Shown in pieces: positions 30,030 to 44,519 of a stretch of DNA of 64,000 nt. Below the pieces are notes generated by a model. The model was not told where the DNA came from. It did no database searches and worked only from the letters and a program-made list of their open reading frames with translations. The first letter of the stretch is position 1. The number at the start of each line of letters is the position of its first letter. This DNA comes from Octopus vulgaris (Eukaryota), in assembly GCA_951406725.2 (NCBI GenBank), contig OX597834.1, positions 35,836,001 to 35,900,000 of the forward strand. The letters run 5' to 3'. A program made the translations under genes and the position numbers.

Positions 30030-30432
30030 TAAACGTTTGTACTATAGGCACAAAGCCTGAAATTTTGGTGGTGGCCATGTGGTCGATTACATCGATCTCG
30101 AAAGGACGAGGGGTAAAGTCGACCTCGGCGGCAATAGAACTCAGAACGTAAAGACAGACGAAATATCCATTTCTTTGCTACCCACAAGGGGCTAAACACA
30201 GAGGGGACAAACAAGGACAGACAAACGGATTAAGTCGATTACATCGACCCCAGTGCGTAACTGGTACTTATTTAATCGACCCCGAAAGGATGAAAGGCAA
30301 AGTCGACCTCGGCGGAATTTGAACTCAGAACGTAGCGGCAGACGAAATACCGCGAAGCACTTCGCCCAGCATGCTAACGGTTCTGCCAGCCTGCCGCCTT
30401 GACAACAACAACAACAACAACAATAAAAAATA

Positions 30433-30505
<73 letters not shown>

Positions 30506-30715
30506 TGATGATGATGATGATGATGATGATAATCCTTTCTACTAGAGGCATAAGGCCTGAAACTTTGTGGGGAGGGGTCTCGTCGATTATTCATTTTATC
30601 GACCCCGAACGGATGAAATGTAAAGTCGATTTTGGCGGAATTAGAACTCAGAACGTAAAGACGAACGAAATGCCGCTAGCCATTTTGCCAGGCGTGCTGA
30701 CGATTCTACCAGCAG
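30030..30715 (-). mobile_element. Cluster of three SINE S2 copies (30030-30165, 30168-30400, 30532-30715)
   Basis: Repeated CGACCCCGAAAGGATGAAAGGCAAAGTCGACCTCGGCGG...GAACTCAGAACGTA. Confidence 0.9.
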
Positions 30716-30919
30716 ACAACAACAACAACAACAACAACAAACAGTATTGACAGCAACAGCAGCAACAACAACAACATGAACAATGACAATAACATCTGCG
30801 ACAGAAACAGGGATCAAATTTACAACAATAACGACTCCAACAACAACAGTAGCCACAGCAAAACAAAAAACAAAAAACAACAACACTAGCAGAACAGTAT
30901 TAATAACAAAAATAACTGA

Positions 30920-31500
30920 GTAACATCATTTTTGTCCTTGGGTAGCAACTGTGAATTTCCTCTTTGCTTACCCATAAAAACTATGGAAAATGGCGAATAT
31001 TTCCTTCAAACTTTGCTTTTGTTGCATTTATTCAAACCCCAAAGAATTAATCTCAACCTATGGCTATGATGCTCCCTCACTATTCCTGCTCAGGATCAGC
31101 GATGCACATATTGTCAGACACTAAGGGACATGCTCAGTTTGTTACGGTCAGGCAAATGACAAGTAAATTTGTGGTATTGAGCAGAATATTTGCTATAACA
31201 ATATTTCTGCTTTAGCAACTCAGAGCTGAATCTGTTCTGAAATGTAATGGAAAATAGGTCAGTCTCAAAACATTGATGTCCAGATCAGAAAAGCACAGTT
31301 TGAAGGGAACAGTTGTCACTTCCTTTGATTTCTAGTCAGAATCAAATAGGAAATAACACTTAGTAAACAAAACAACAAGCAGATCTATGGTATTGAACAG
31401 AATATTTGCGATATTTCTGCTTCAGCAACTGAGCGCTGAATCTGTCCGAAATGTAATGGAAAATAGGTCAGTTTCAAAATAGTGATATCTAGATCACAGA
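30920..31500 (-). mobile_element. Fragments related to the 31778-32332 element, with a 210-bp-period direct duplication
   Basis: 31034-31199 is the reverse complement of 31877-32042. 31173-31290 is repeated at 31387-31497. Confidence 0.7.
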
Positions 31501-31645
31501 AGCAGATGTAAGTTCAATTAATTATCGACACAAGTTGTGTCGGCTGAAACTTATAGGTTTATTTTATTGTAGAATTTTATATGTAGAGATTAATGCAGCT
31601 AAAATGAACACAAATGATGACAACACCAATAATAACAACAACAAC

Positions 31646-31722
<77 letters not shown>

Positions 31723-31777
31723 TAATAATGACAATAATAATAATAATAATAATGACAATAATAATAATAATAATAAT

Positions 31778-32332
31778 AGCCCTGATGCAGTACCAGGCAG
31801 TGGCTCTCATGGCTTCTGATCTTAACTGATTGGAAGTGTTATCATGTACATTGTTTTGTCTTGGTATAAAAGATGGGCTACAGCAAATATTCTGCTCAAT
31901 ACCACAGATTTGTTTGTCAGTTGTTTGACCTTAACCAGTTGAGCATGTCCCTTAGTGGCTGACGAAATGTGCATCTCTGATCACGAGCAGAAGTAGTGGG
32001 GGAGCATCATACCCATGTGTTGAGAGAGATTATTTGGGGTTTAAATGATTCACCTCTGGAAACATGGGTGTTTCGTTTAACATCCTTAAATAACCCTTAT
32101 TCAAGGACCTTTTGAGTGGGATGGGTTACTCGACCAGAAGAAAATTCTAACTGGGCCCCACCTGCAAGGTCATGCACTGTTTATCTTCATATGAGATCAC
32201 CATATCGCGCACATATGGTTGTGATGCATGTGCCTGGTGTACCCTTATCAGACAGGTAGTCATGATGGGTATACTGGGCTTCGTATATTTTACCCCAGTG
32301 TCACTTTGATGGCATGAACTGCTCTCTCACTC
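31778..32332 (+). mobile_element. Non-coding retroposon-like element embedded in (AAT)n (family S4)
   Basis: Ends CTGCTCTCTCACTC-(AAT)n and has (AAT)n on its 5' side. A second 3' end lies at 34758-34889 (minus), also joined to an (AAT)n tail. Confidence 0.8.
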
Positions 32333-32407
32333 AATAATAATAATAATAATAATAATAGTAGTAGTCGTAGTAGTCGTAGTGGCAGCAGCAGCAGTAGCAG
32401 TAGTAGC

Positions 32408-32457
<50 letters not shown>

Positions 32458-32466
32458 CAGTAGTAG

Positions 32467-32898
32467 TTTCTACTACAAGCACAAGACCTGAAATGTGGTG
32501 GAGGGGACTAGTCGATTTCATCGACACCAGTGTTTCACTGGTACTCAATTTATCGACCCCGAAAGGATGAAAGGCGAAGTCGACCGCGGTGGAAATTGAA
32601 CCCAGAACTTAGGGACGGGGAGAAACACGGATAAGCATCTCATCCAGCGTGCTAACGATTCTCCCAGTTCACTGCCTTAATAATCCTTTCTAATATAGGC
32701 ACAAGGCCTGGAATTCGGGGAAGAGGAATAGTTAATTACATGGACCCTAGTATTCGACTAGTGCTTACTTTATCGACCCCGAAAGGAAGAAAGGCAAAAT
32801 CGACGTCGGCGGAATTTGAACTCAGAACATAAAGACGGATAAAATACCGCTAAGCATGTCATCCGGCATGCTAACAATTCTGCCAGCTTGCCGCCTTA
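32467..32898 (-). mobile_element. Two tandem SINE S2 copies
   Basis: Core and tail (GGCCTTGTGCCTATATTAGAAAGGATT) are repeated. Confidence 0.9.
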
Positions 32899-32968
32899 AT
32901 AATGATATTAATAATTAAATATAGCTCAGTGGGATGACAAAGAAATATATGGAAGACAGGATAAAGCT

Positions 32969-33103
32969 AAACACGCATAATGGACAGGGGCATGTTCCAT
33001 CCACCATCATATATTGACCAAATGTCACGGAAGGTATCGAAACTGCAACGATTTCTGATTGGTAACTGATGAGGGGTGGAACATGACTAAGTCCATTGTG
33101 TTT
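32969..33103 (+). ncRNA. Structured element with permuted hammerhead boxes
   Basis: CATGTTCCATCC(32991) pairs with GGGTGGAACATG(33074) and encloses CGAAAC-22 nt-CTGATGA. Confidence 0.4.
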
Positions 33104-33185
33104 GATTTTTCCGGTTTTCCGTACAATTCCTTTGTCGTCGCCCTGTTCCACATTTTATTCTTATGATTGTTCCTTCGTGTGTGAT

Positions 33186-33252
<67 letters not shown>

Positions 33253-33587
33253 TGAGAAATAGTTATATTATATAGGGTTGTCAATAACAAAAAAAATCTG
33301 AAGAACAAAAAAGACATGAAAACACGAAGGTATAAGCGTATGCATATACATACGTACGTACATACACACACACACTCATATATATATATATGTGTGAGTA
33401 TATGTGTGTGCATGTATATATATATAGAGAGAGAGAGAGGGAGAGAGATGTGTGTGTGCGTGTGTGTGTGTATGTGTGTGTGTGTGCATACGTATTTCCT
33501 CTTTCACTCTCTTTTTTCGTTCACTCATTTCTGTCCCTCTTCTTCCTCTCTTTCTTCATCCCCTCTTTTGCTCCATACATACAAACA

Positions 33588-33659
<72 letters not shown>

Positions 33660-33809
33660 AGCAGAGTATGGGGAAAGACACCTAGAAAGAATGAAAAAGA
33701 AGGAAAGAGTGAAAACAGGTTACGAGGCATCAAAGAATTATGCCTGAACTATAATATAACTCTAATAATATCAAATATTTCTTGCTGCACAGTATAACAC
33801 CCACACATA

Positions 33810-33815
33810 TACATG

Positions 33816-33874
<59 letters not shown>

Positions 33875-33897
33875 ATGTATTTATATATGTGTGTGTG

Positions 33898-33946
<49 letters not shown>

Positions 33947-33989
33947 GTATATATATATATATATATATGTATGTATATATATATATATG

Positions 33990-34050
<61 letters not shown>

Positions 34051-34065
34051 ATATATATATGTATG

Positions 34066-34117
<52 letters not shown>

Positions 34118-34119
34118 TG

Positions 34120-34186
<67 letters not shown>

Positions 34187-34210
34187 GTATATGTATATAT
34201 ATGTATATGT
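33810..34210. repeat. (GT)n/(TA)n/(TATG)n block
   Basis: Direct inspection. Confidence 0.95.
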
Positions 34211-34505
34211 GTGTGCGTGTGGTGTGTGTCTGTATAAGTCTGATACAACTTATGAGTAACATAAGAGCTGGACGTATCTGTAACGCTATCTCTAATGGTC
34301 CAGCGAGTTAAAGCCGACGTCCAACGCTGACATGACTCTGTCGTCTCAATGCCGGCATCGAGTATTAGGACAGCTGTAAAATACGGTTAAGCCGAGTCGT
34401 AAAGGTGTCACAGCAATATTTGGGATTAAGCGAAATGCGGTTTATGTGTTGCAATACGTTTGAAATCACGACGAATATGCATTAACAAAACACAGACATA
34501 CACAC

Positions 34506-34546
<41 letters not shown>

Positions 34547-34692
34547 TATTAGAACGTATGTATGATGTTTTTATTTCGTTTGTGAAATTCTTAATGGGAT
34601 GTCGTGGGCTTAAAAAGATTTTGTTGTTTTTCGGGTGGGTCATTATGCCAATAATATGCACACTCACCAGTTCTATGTCACTTCTTTTATTA

Positions 34693-34757
<65 letters not shown>

Positions 34758-34883
34758 GAGTGAGAGAGCAGTGCGTGCCAACAAAGTGATACTAGGGTAC
34801 AAATATACGAAGCCCAGCATACCCATCATGACTACACTTCTGATTAGAATACACCAGGCACATGCATCACAACCATATGTGCG

Positions 34884-34889
<6 letters not shown>
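34758..34889 (-). mobile_element. Family S4 3' end
   Basis: Reverse complement of about 32200-32332; joins (ATT)n. Confidence 0.85.
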
Positions 34890-34956
<67 letters not shown>

Positions 34957-35504
34957 CATACATATATTATATTTCTGTTTTCACTTATTTTTCTACCTTG
35001 TATTTAATACAAATTAACGAATATTAGCTCTTACGCAAACACTACTCCATTTTACGAATCTTATTCTCTCTTTAATCCATTTTAAGCTCTATAACACTTG
35101 TTAACAATCCACTAGCTCTTTATATACTATCTCCTCTTGTTTAACTTCATTCTCATGTATTAAACATCTTCTTTTTTTAAATATACACCACACTAAGTAT
35201 TATTTCTAACTGTCAGGTCACATCTTAATTCAAATATCGCCATGCCTTTCCATTGGACATTTCTATACAATCTTTTGCCTGCACGACTTATTTGGAATTA
35301 GAATTTTTAATCGCCTTTCTCATCCATAGAGGGAACGTCTCTAAAACCTCTTATTCTCAAATATCCGTTATAGCCTTTAGTTTTAGTTAATACCTAACTG
35401 GACCCACACACGTCTTTCTTTCTCATAAGGATAAATATGAATCTCTTAGATCCTATTCTGTTTTTTCCTTTCTCAAGTCCTTTGTAAAATGTTGTTTATA
35501 CTTC

Positions 35505-35620
35505 TACTGAAGAGTACAGAAATATATAATTAATTTAATTTAGTCTAATTAATTTAATTAATTCTATTCAAACATGAATTTGCATGATATTCATATCGCT
35601 GTACGAAACGATGGTCTGCA
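35505..35620 (+). ncRNA. Hammerhead motif with a ~79-nt stem II loop
   Basis: CTGAAGA-GTACAG-(79 nt AT-rich)-CTGTAC-GAAA-CGATGG-TC. Confidence 0.6.
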
Positions 35621-35825
35621 TGAATTTAAATTATCTTATATATTTTAACACTTTCTCTTCTCCATTTTTTAAACGCCAGCTCTATTTGATTCGTTCTCAG
35701 TCGAAAGACACCTGTTGTTATTTCTTGTTGTTTTATGTACCATGGTCTCGTCTTTTTCGTTTGTTTGTTTTTTTGACTTTGTTGCCGTACACATTCGCTA
35801 GCTTTCTTACAAACGGGTCAAATGC

Positions 35826-36005
35826 TCTTAGCTTAAACTTTTTGGGGGGACAACCAGATCGAACCATCTCAAGTGTAACTGTCCGAAATAGTTGTGACTT
35901 CTGGAACTTGACTGAATGACACGTCCTAATTGTTGTTTCTCTTGTCCGCCTTTGTATCGTCTACCTGTCCGAATGTTTTAATGCCCTCTATTGCATTTTT
36001 GTTCC

Positions 36006-36009
<4 letters not shown>
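35826..36009 (+). mobile_element. Family C short element (diverged homologue of 48191-48353)
   Basis: Collinear blocks CTTAG, CCAGAT, CCGAAAT, TGGAACT.GACTGA, TTGTATCGTCTA. Ends in (TA)n. Confidence 0.6.
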
Positions 36010-36060
<51 letters not shown>

Positions 36061-36123
36061 CACACACACACACACATTATATATATATATATATAGTGAG
36101 AGAGAGAGAGGATAGATAGATAA

Positions 36124-36222
<99 letters not shown>

Positions 36223-37015
36223 AAGCCAAAAATGAAAAATCAATTATCCCTAATTGTAACTGACGGTGCAGGCTGGCACCTACATTGCTAGAAATAAGAG
36301 TTAAAGATCCTTTGAGCTGCAAATAAGCACACATCCCACCCACACAGATAGGTGGATAGTTAAATATATATACATGTATATATACACATAAACATATATA
36401 CACGCACGTACACACATGCACACGCACGCACACACTCACACACCACATGTACACAGACGCGCACTCACAGAGGTTTTAACAAATTGAAAGCTTGCTTCTT
36501 TCTTGGCTGAATGTTCACATTGTGCTCAGTTAAGAAAGACAAAAAATGCGGAATAAAAAACTGAAGAATGCCTCTGGTACCAGGAGGAATGAAAGAGAGA
36601 TGTTTTTCAGAAACAAGAGAATGTTGAGTGGAGAGAGCGAGAACGAGAGAGACAGAGAGAAACTAGAGAGAGGAAAGAGAGAGAGGGAGAGATGGAGAGG
36701 GGTGGGAGAGGGATGGAATGGGAGTTAAAATGTATAAAGTTTATTTGTTTAATGAGGTGCATGAATGGAAGAATGTGGAAAAATTATGGTTAGGTCTGTC
36801 TGTCTGTCTATCTATCAGTATGTCTATCTCTGTTTATGTAAGTATATATGTATGTATGTATATAAGTATGTATGTATGTATGTATGTATGTATCTATCTA
36901 TCTCTCTAGCCATCATCTCTCTCTATATATATGTATGCATGTATGAATCAATCTATCTGTTTATCTCTCTATGGATCTGTCTATCTGTGCCTATCTATCT
37001 GTCTATCTGCTTATA

Positions 37016-37075
<60 letters not shown>

Positions 37076-37737
37076 CATCTCTCTGCCTATGTATCTATCT
37101 AGCTATCTTTCTATCTATCCATCATCTCTCTGCCTATGTATGTATGTATGTATGTATGTATGTATGTATGTATGTATGTATGTATGTATGCATGCATGTA
37201 TGTATGTATGTATGTATGTATGTATGTATGTATCTATCTATCATTCGGTCTGTGTATCTGCTTGTCTATATATCTTTCTCTATGTATATAGGTTTGTATG
37301 TTTGTATGTCAATCTATCTATCTATCGGTATTTGTGTACATATCTATTTGTTTGTCAGTATGTTTATATATCTATCTGTGTGTGTGTATGTATTTGTGAT
37401 TACGTAACATCTGACATTGGAGCCGTGTTCTACGCAGTGCAGGAATCGTCTACGGGAACGAACCGTATTACATTCCATCGTGGTACAACTCTGCCCATCA
37501 TTCTTTCCTACGTGCAATCTGTGAAAAATCAGAGAATGTTTGGCTCCGTGGTGAAGGCATGGCGCAAGCATGATTTGCAGGTAAGCAGCTCGTTGTGTGA
37601 CCACGTGGTTTCGTGATCAGTCTCACTGTGTAGTACTTGGGGCAAGTGTCTTCTGCAATAGCCCCTGGTTCGAAGGAAACTCTGTGGGCACCGGTTGTAT
37701 GTGTTTGCGTGAGTGAGTGTATGTATAAATGCATAAG

Positions 37738-37778
<41 letters not shown>

Positions 37779-37781
<3 letters not shown>

Positions 37782-38114
37782 GAGACCCCCTTCGGTCATG
37801 AATGACCATGGGATTGCACCTAGAAAGTTACCCACCGAGGTACAAGTCCGGGCAAGGTTGTTTATAAAAGACCAGCAGTTGCCCATGCATACCGGCCTCC
37901 CCTCTCCACACTACTGATGTTATCCAAGGGAAAGGCAAAGGGGCCGATACAGCTTGGCACCAGTTATGTCGCAACTCATTTCTACAGCTGAGTTAACTGG
38001 AGCAACATGAAATAAAGTGTCTTGCTCAAGAACACAACACGCAGCCCGGTCCGGGAATCGAACTCACAACCTCACCATCGTAAGCTCGACGCTTTAACCA
38101 CTGAGGCATGCGCC

Positions 38115-38117
<3 letters not shown>
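37779..38117 (-). mobile_element. SINE S3 variant
   Basis: Head GGCGCATGCCTCAGTGGTTAAAGCGTCG...GAGTTCGATTCCCGGACCGGGC, central TTCTTGAGCAAGACACTTTATTTC, tail ending ATGACCGAAGGGGGTCTCC. Confidence 0.85.
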
Positions 38118-38205
<88 letters not shown>

Positions 38206-38209
38206 CTTT

Positions 38210-39740
38210 CAAATTCGGTAATGGTAACGTTAAGGGTCTTAAAATCAAGCTCCTATTTCATTATGCCGGCTACTATCTAATAATACTGATTAGTGAGTTA
38301 GTTTTTCGGAATTGCATCATGGTTATACTGATATAATGTAAGAAAATACAATAATACCAATAATTCTAGGATGGGAACGGATCAATGGTGTTGATCAACC
38401 GGATGCCCATGAATAATACTGGCTGTACTGTACTCATCCCAAGGATACGGACTCTGATGTTAAAATCATGTGATTTGTGAAAACATGCGTAGTGATGTAT
38501 TAAATATTTATAAATTCCATCTTAGAATTGTTGTTGTTGTTGTTGTTGTTATTATTATTCATATATAGATACATATATACATATATACATATGCTTATAT
38601 ACATGCACTCACATATAGACGCCCACATACACATATTAAAACATATAGCAATAAAATCTATTCATTGAACACTTCGAAAACCAACGTTTGTATGAGATAA
38701 ACATTCAACTAATATAACGAGAAAGAATTAATACCAACATTAATAGGTTATCCAGATATGGTATTATAAAACACCAAAGACTAATATAAAATCAATTATG
38801 GGAACTGGACACACCTAAAATCGACTTAATTAGAGACAGCTTGAGTACAGAATTATGTGGGGTCTGGATTAACAATCAAATAGCTTCAGTATAAAATAAT
38901 TTATGATTCGGAATTACTGCTTTTAGTTCAACTATGATTTTAAATATAAATTTTAATTAAATCGATGAACTCCTTAACCGTATCACTGTATGACCATTCA
39001 TAAATCGCAAAACTAGCCCGTCATCACGGTAAATGCCGACCTCTAAATAGTCGAGTCTCTTCGTAAGATAAGAAAGTTTAAGATGTACAGTCTTATCAAT
39101 TCACAAGCTTCAACGCTAGTTTAATTCGAATCTGTATATAGTTAATTTCTTAAATATAGCATCTTTCCGTACTAAAAAGACTGCTCCTTTACCAGACCTG
39201 CTAATAATCCTTACAAACGAAAACTAATATTAGTATATCTAATATATTCTTTAATAAAGAAGCAGTTAACTTTGTTTCTCATTATTATCATAACGTAGTA
39301 AAAGACAGTAGATTCAAAGTATACACACTAGAAAGTATACACATTAGTATACCAATACTAAAAAACGTTAGAAGCAGAAAATGGAACAATATATGGTATA
39401 ATTCTTCATATAACGTACATATTCATTCCATTATTGCCAGGAGTATCTGAATCAATACTCTATGAAGCATAGTTATCATAAGACCTTTAAGCTAAATAGC
39501 TATCAAGTGATAACAGTTTCAGCAAGAAGGTTGCAGCTTCCAGAGACAATATAAACAGAAACATTTCCCAGTACAGACATATATAAAACTTCTCAGTTGT
39601 GTGACTGTCGTAATCTTGACATTTGTCCTATGGGTGATATGGTCCTCCTTAAGTTTATGAAGCTAAAAACTAACGTCTCCCTCGCGAATGATATTCAAAA
39701 TAAATAGGTTTAAGGCTTTGTAGGGCTTGCAGAAACTTCA
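38210..39740 (+). pseudogene. Ancient Penelope-like RT to GIY-YIG remnant
   Basis: Decayed motifs in PLE order: CRLL, IDLIRDSLSTELCG (~FDV.MGS.DGAE.CE), VNFLNI (~VNFLDV), RKWNNIWYNSSYN (~RKRNIIWFNPPY), CDCRNLDICPMG (~CNCR...CPL.G), VYEA. Confidence 0.7.
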
Positions 39741-40079
39741 TGTAAAAAGGATTCTGTGTATGTGTATATGTATATATAAATATATACATATAGAAACATA
39801 TACATACATATATGAGTGTGTCCATGTCTGTGTGTGTGTGTAAGTTTGGGTTTGTAATGTGTAAGTGTGTGTAATTAGGTTGGTCCAGTAGACAAGGATT
39901 CTGGACTCGACATGGCGTGGAAGGCTCAGGGCCACTAATGCGGATTAAATTCACGGTTGAATTCTGTGTTGGTACTGAAAACCTCTGGTCGTTACTTGTC
40001 AACATATATATACATATGCATATCTATCTATCTATCTATCTATCGCTCTATCTATCTCTCTATCTATCTCTCTATCTAT

Positions 40080-40156
<77 letters not shown>

Positions 40157-40159
<3 letters not shown>

Positions 40160-40521
40160 ATATATAAACGGCAGTTTGTCTGTGTGTGTTTCTGTGTCTC
40201 TGTTAGGTTGTACCCTCACTCTGACCACGGCTTTCAACTGATTCTGATGAAACTTGACACACACATAGCCCAATGTCATAATTCAAAACTAACGCAGCGA
40301 AAATTTTGAAAAGTTCCCCCAGTTCTGAAAAAAATCGATAAATTCGACATGGGGTCGAGAATCAGAAACACAAACCACAGACTGTCTAGGGGACGCAACT
40401 CGACCTTTTTAACAAAAAAAAATTTACCATCATTTTTTCCCATTTTTTAGCTATAACTCTCTAAAAATGCTTTATAGTTATTTCCCTTACAAACCCGAGC
40501 AACGCCGGGCGATACTGCTAG
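40157..40521 (+). mobile_element. Non-autonomous Helitron
   Basis: 5' TCTATATATA, subterminal hairpin CCCGAGCAACGCCGGG (40494-40509), 3' CTAG, inserted between A and T. Confidence 0.85.
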
Positions 40522-40665
40522 TATATATATATACACACATACATGTATACATAATATATATGTATATATATATACTATATATATATTGTGTGTATATATG
40601 TATGCTTGTATATTTGTATGTACTCATGTATGTATATGTACATGTATATACATATATCTGTGTGG

Positions 40666-40712
<47 letters not shown>

Positions 40713-40883
40713 GGGGGTGAGCTAAGTAAATAAAGTTAGATATGATACAATATATTTACATGGAACACAAGAATAAATATAAAGAAAAAGGAGAAAGTTA
40801 TAAAGAGAGGAAAATAAAGCAATGTCTTATCTCATACATGGGTGTGTGTATGAACATAACGTATGTATGCGTGTATGTATATG

Positions 40884-40958
<75 letters not shown>

Positions 40959-41187
40959 GTATGTGTGTGTGTGTGTGTGTGGGTGTGTGTATACAACAAT
41001 CGCGCAGGATCATACACACATATACACCCGCATATACACTCATATGTACTCTTAACTTCAGTGTTAGATAATTCTTCTCCAATCTGTCAACACAGTCGTT
41101 CATATTTCTCTCTCTCTCTCTCTGCGTACATATACATGTATACACACACACATACACACACACACACATACGTACATATATACATAT

Positions 41188-41218
<31 letters not shown>

Positions 41219-41290
41219 AACCATATGTATAGAAAACGTATGTATTTATAAATATATGTATACTTTATATATAGAGATTTATGCATATAC

Positions 41291-41407
<117 letters not shown>

Positions 41408-41546
41408 CATACATATACGTGTATATGTGGGAGTGTATATTTTGTACATGTGTATGTACGTATGTAAATATGTGCATGTGTTTATGCCTAGATTAACTGT
41501 ATTAACCAATCTACTTTCCCGGACACCAATCACGTGTGTGTGTGTG

Positions 41547-41625
<79 letters not shown>

Positions 41626-41823
41626 GTGTCAGTCCGTTTCAGAGGCTGCATAGAAGGGCCTGTGTGCCTACCGTAGAACGTAATATAAACAAACACATGT
41701 GTAAGTATGTTTCTGGCTGCGAATCAATGTGTGCCTGAGTGTGTGTGTGATATAGGGAACCTGTTGCATAATTCTCTGTCAACAGAAGTACATGCGGATG
41801 TGATTGCCAGTCAATAACTGTGC

Positions 41824-42007
<184 letters not shown>

Positions 42008-42033
42008 TTAGATAGATAGATAGATAGATATGT

Positions 42034-42436
42034 ATACTCTTTTACTCTTTTACTTCTTTCAGTCATTTGACTGCGGCCATGCTGGAGCACCGCCTACAGT
42101 CGAGCAAATCGACACCCGGGACTTATTCTTTTTGTAAGCCCAGTACTTATTCTATCGGTCTCTTTTGCAGAACCGCTAGGTGACGGGGACGTAAACACGC
42201 CAGCATTGGTTGTCAAACAATGCTAGGGGGACAAACACAGACATACAAACACACACATCTATCTATATATATATACATATATACGACAGGCTTCTTTCAG
42301 TTTCCATCTACCAAATCCACTCACAAGGCATTGGTCGGCCCGGGGCTATAGCAGAAGACACTTGCCCAAGATGCCACGCAGTGGCACTGAACCCGGAACT
42401 ATGTGGTTGGTTAGCAAGCTACTTGCCACACAGCCA

Positions 42437-42439
<3 letters not shown>
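42034..42439 (-). mobile_element. SINE S1
   Basis: Collinear with 7005-7467. Confidence 0.9.
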
Positions 42440-42500
<61 letters not shown>

Positions 42501-42747
42501 AAGGTGTATTCAGGGCCCGTTCACCGTCGGATTTACCATTGCCAAATAGCCGGTAGTATTACGATATTCTTCCAAGTCTAGATTTGGGCATTTGTCTTGC
42601 GTGAAAATAGATAATCAAATTCCTGTATATGTGAAGAAGTATGTTGTATGGAAACATGTGTAGTGATTAATAAATAACTGTCCAACTGAACTCCTTGTTC
42701 ACACAACCTTATTCAATATGTGTGTGTGTGTCGTGTGTGTGTGTATG

Positions 42748-42799
<52 letters not shown>

Positions 42800-43026
42800 A
42801 GCATATGCATATATATAAGTATACATATAGTTGTCCACGTATTATATATTAATACATATATATGTGGGTATACACGTAGATATAGCTATATATATATACA
42901 CATATATATATATATATACACACTCACACACATGCACCTATATATTATGTATATATATATATATATGTATATATATATGTATATATATATGTATATATAT
43001 ATATATACATATATCATATATATATA

Positions 43027-43060
<34 letters not shown>

Positions 43061-43479
43061 AGTATATATACATATATCTACACATATATATATATGTGTG
43101 TATATATATATGCATATATATATATGTATATATATGTGCGTGTGTTTAGTTTGCATGCGTTTATCTGTACATTTCCTGTTTTAACGAGCGTCCGATTGAC
43201 CAAAGCAAAAAATTATTCACACCACCATCAACAACAACAACAGCAACATCACTAAAACCCATGACAAAAACAACTACAACTCCACCACCACCGCCAGCTC
43301 CAACAACAGTCCCGACAACTGAAAAGCAGCGCCAATAACAACAGCAGCAACAATAAAACCAATTGACGTTTTTTACTGTTTTTTTCGTATCAGATGAAGA
43401 AGTTGAAAGAAACCTATTGATATACACACGCTCACATATAAACAGACCCACACAGACACAAGCATACTTGCTAATATAT

Positions 43480-43524
43480 ATATATTCATACATACATATA
43501 TATACATATCTATATATATATACG

Positions 43525-43605
<81 letters not shown>

Positions 43606-44016
43606 CCACATATATATCTACACACATATATACACACACACACATATATATATACATATATATATATATACATATATATATATAATATACATATATCCAT
43701 ATATATATATCCATACATATATATATATTCATATATATATATATCCATATATATATCCATATATATATCCATATATATATATCCATACATATATATATAT
43801 ATCCATATATATATCCATATATATATATCCATATATATATATATCCATATATATATATCCATATATATATATCCATATATATATATATATCCATATATAT
43901 ATATTCATACATACATATCCATACATACATACATATATACATACATGTATACATACATATATACATACATTTATACATACATATATAAATATATATATAT
44001 GTATATATATATGAAC

Positions 44017-44047
<31 letters not shown>

Positions 44048-44280
44048 TACATACATACATATGCATACACACACATGTATATACTTATTTATAAACATAA
44101 TACATATGCATATATACATATAGATATATATATGTGTATATATATATATACATACATTTATATATATATATATGTATATATACATATATATGTATATGTG
44201 TGTGTGTGTGTGTATATATATATATACATGCATGTATGTATGTATGTATGTATGTATGTATACTATACATACATACATAT
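43480..44280. repeat. (TA)n block with an (ATATATATCC)n minisatellite at about 43690-43925
   Basis: Direct inspection. Confidence 0.9.
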
Positions 44281-44519
44281 AATACTAATTTTTTTCGTGT
44301 TTTATCGGCAGAAGTTACTTAGCGACTCAAAAGACCAGAGTTTCGTGTATTGGCACGTCCCTTCAGATTAGATTGTTTTTTTTGTTTTTTTTTCTCCAAC
44401 GACATACAAAGTAATAATAACCAATATTAGATATTCAAATAATTTTTTTCAAATTTTTTTAATGAAATAATTTCAAAAAAAAAAAATTAAATAATAAAGA
44501 TAAACAATAATGAACTTAC

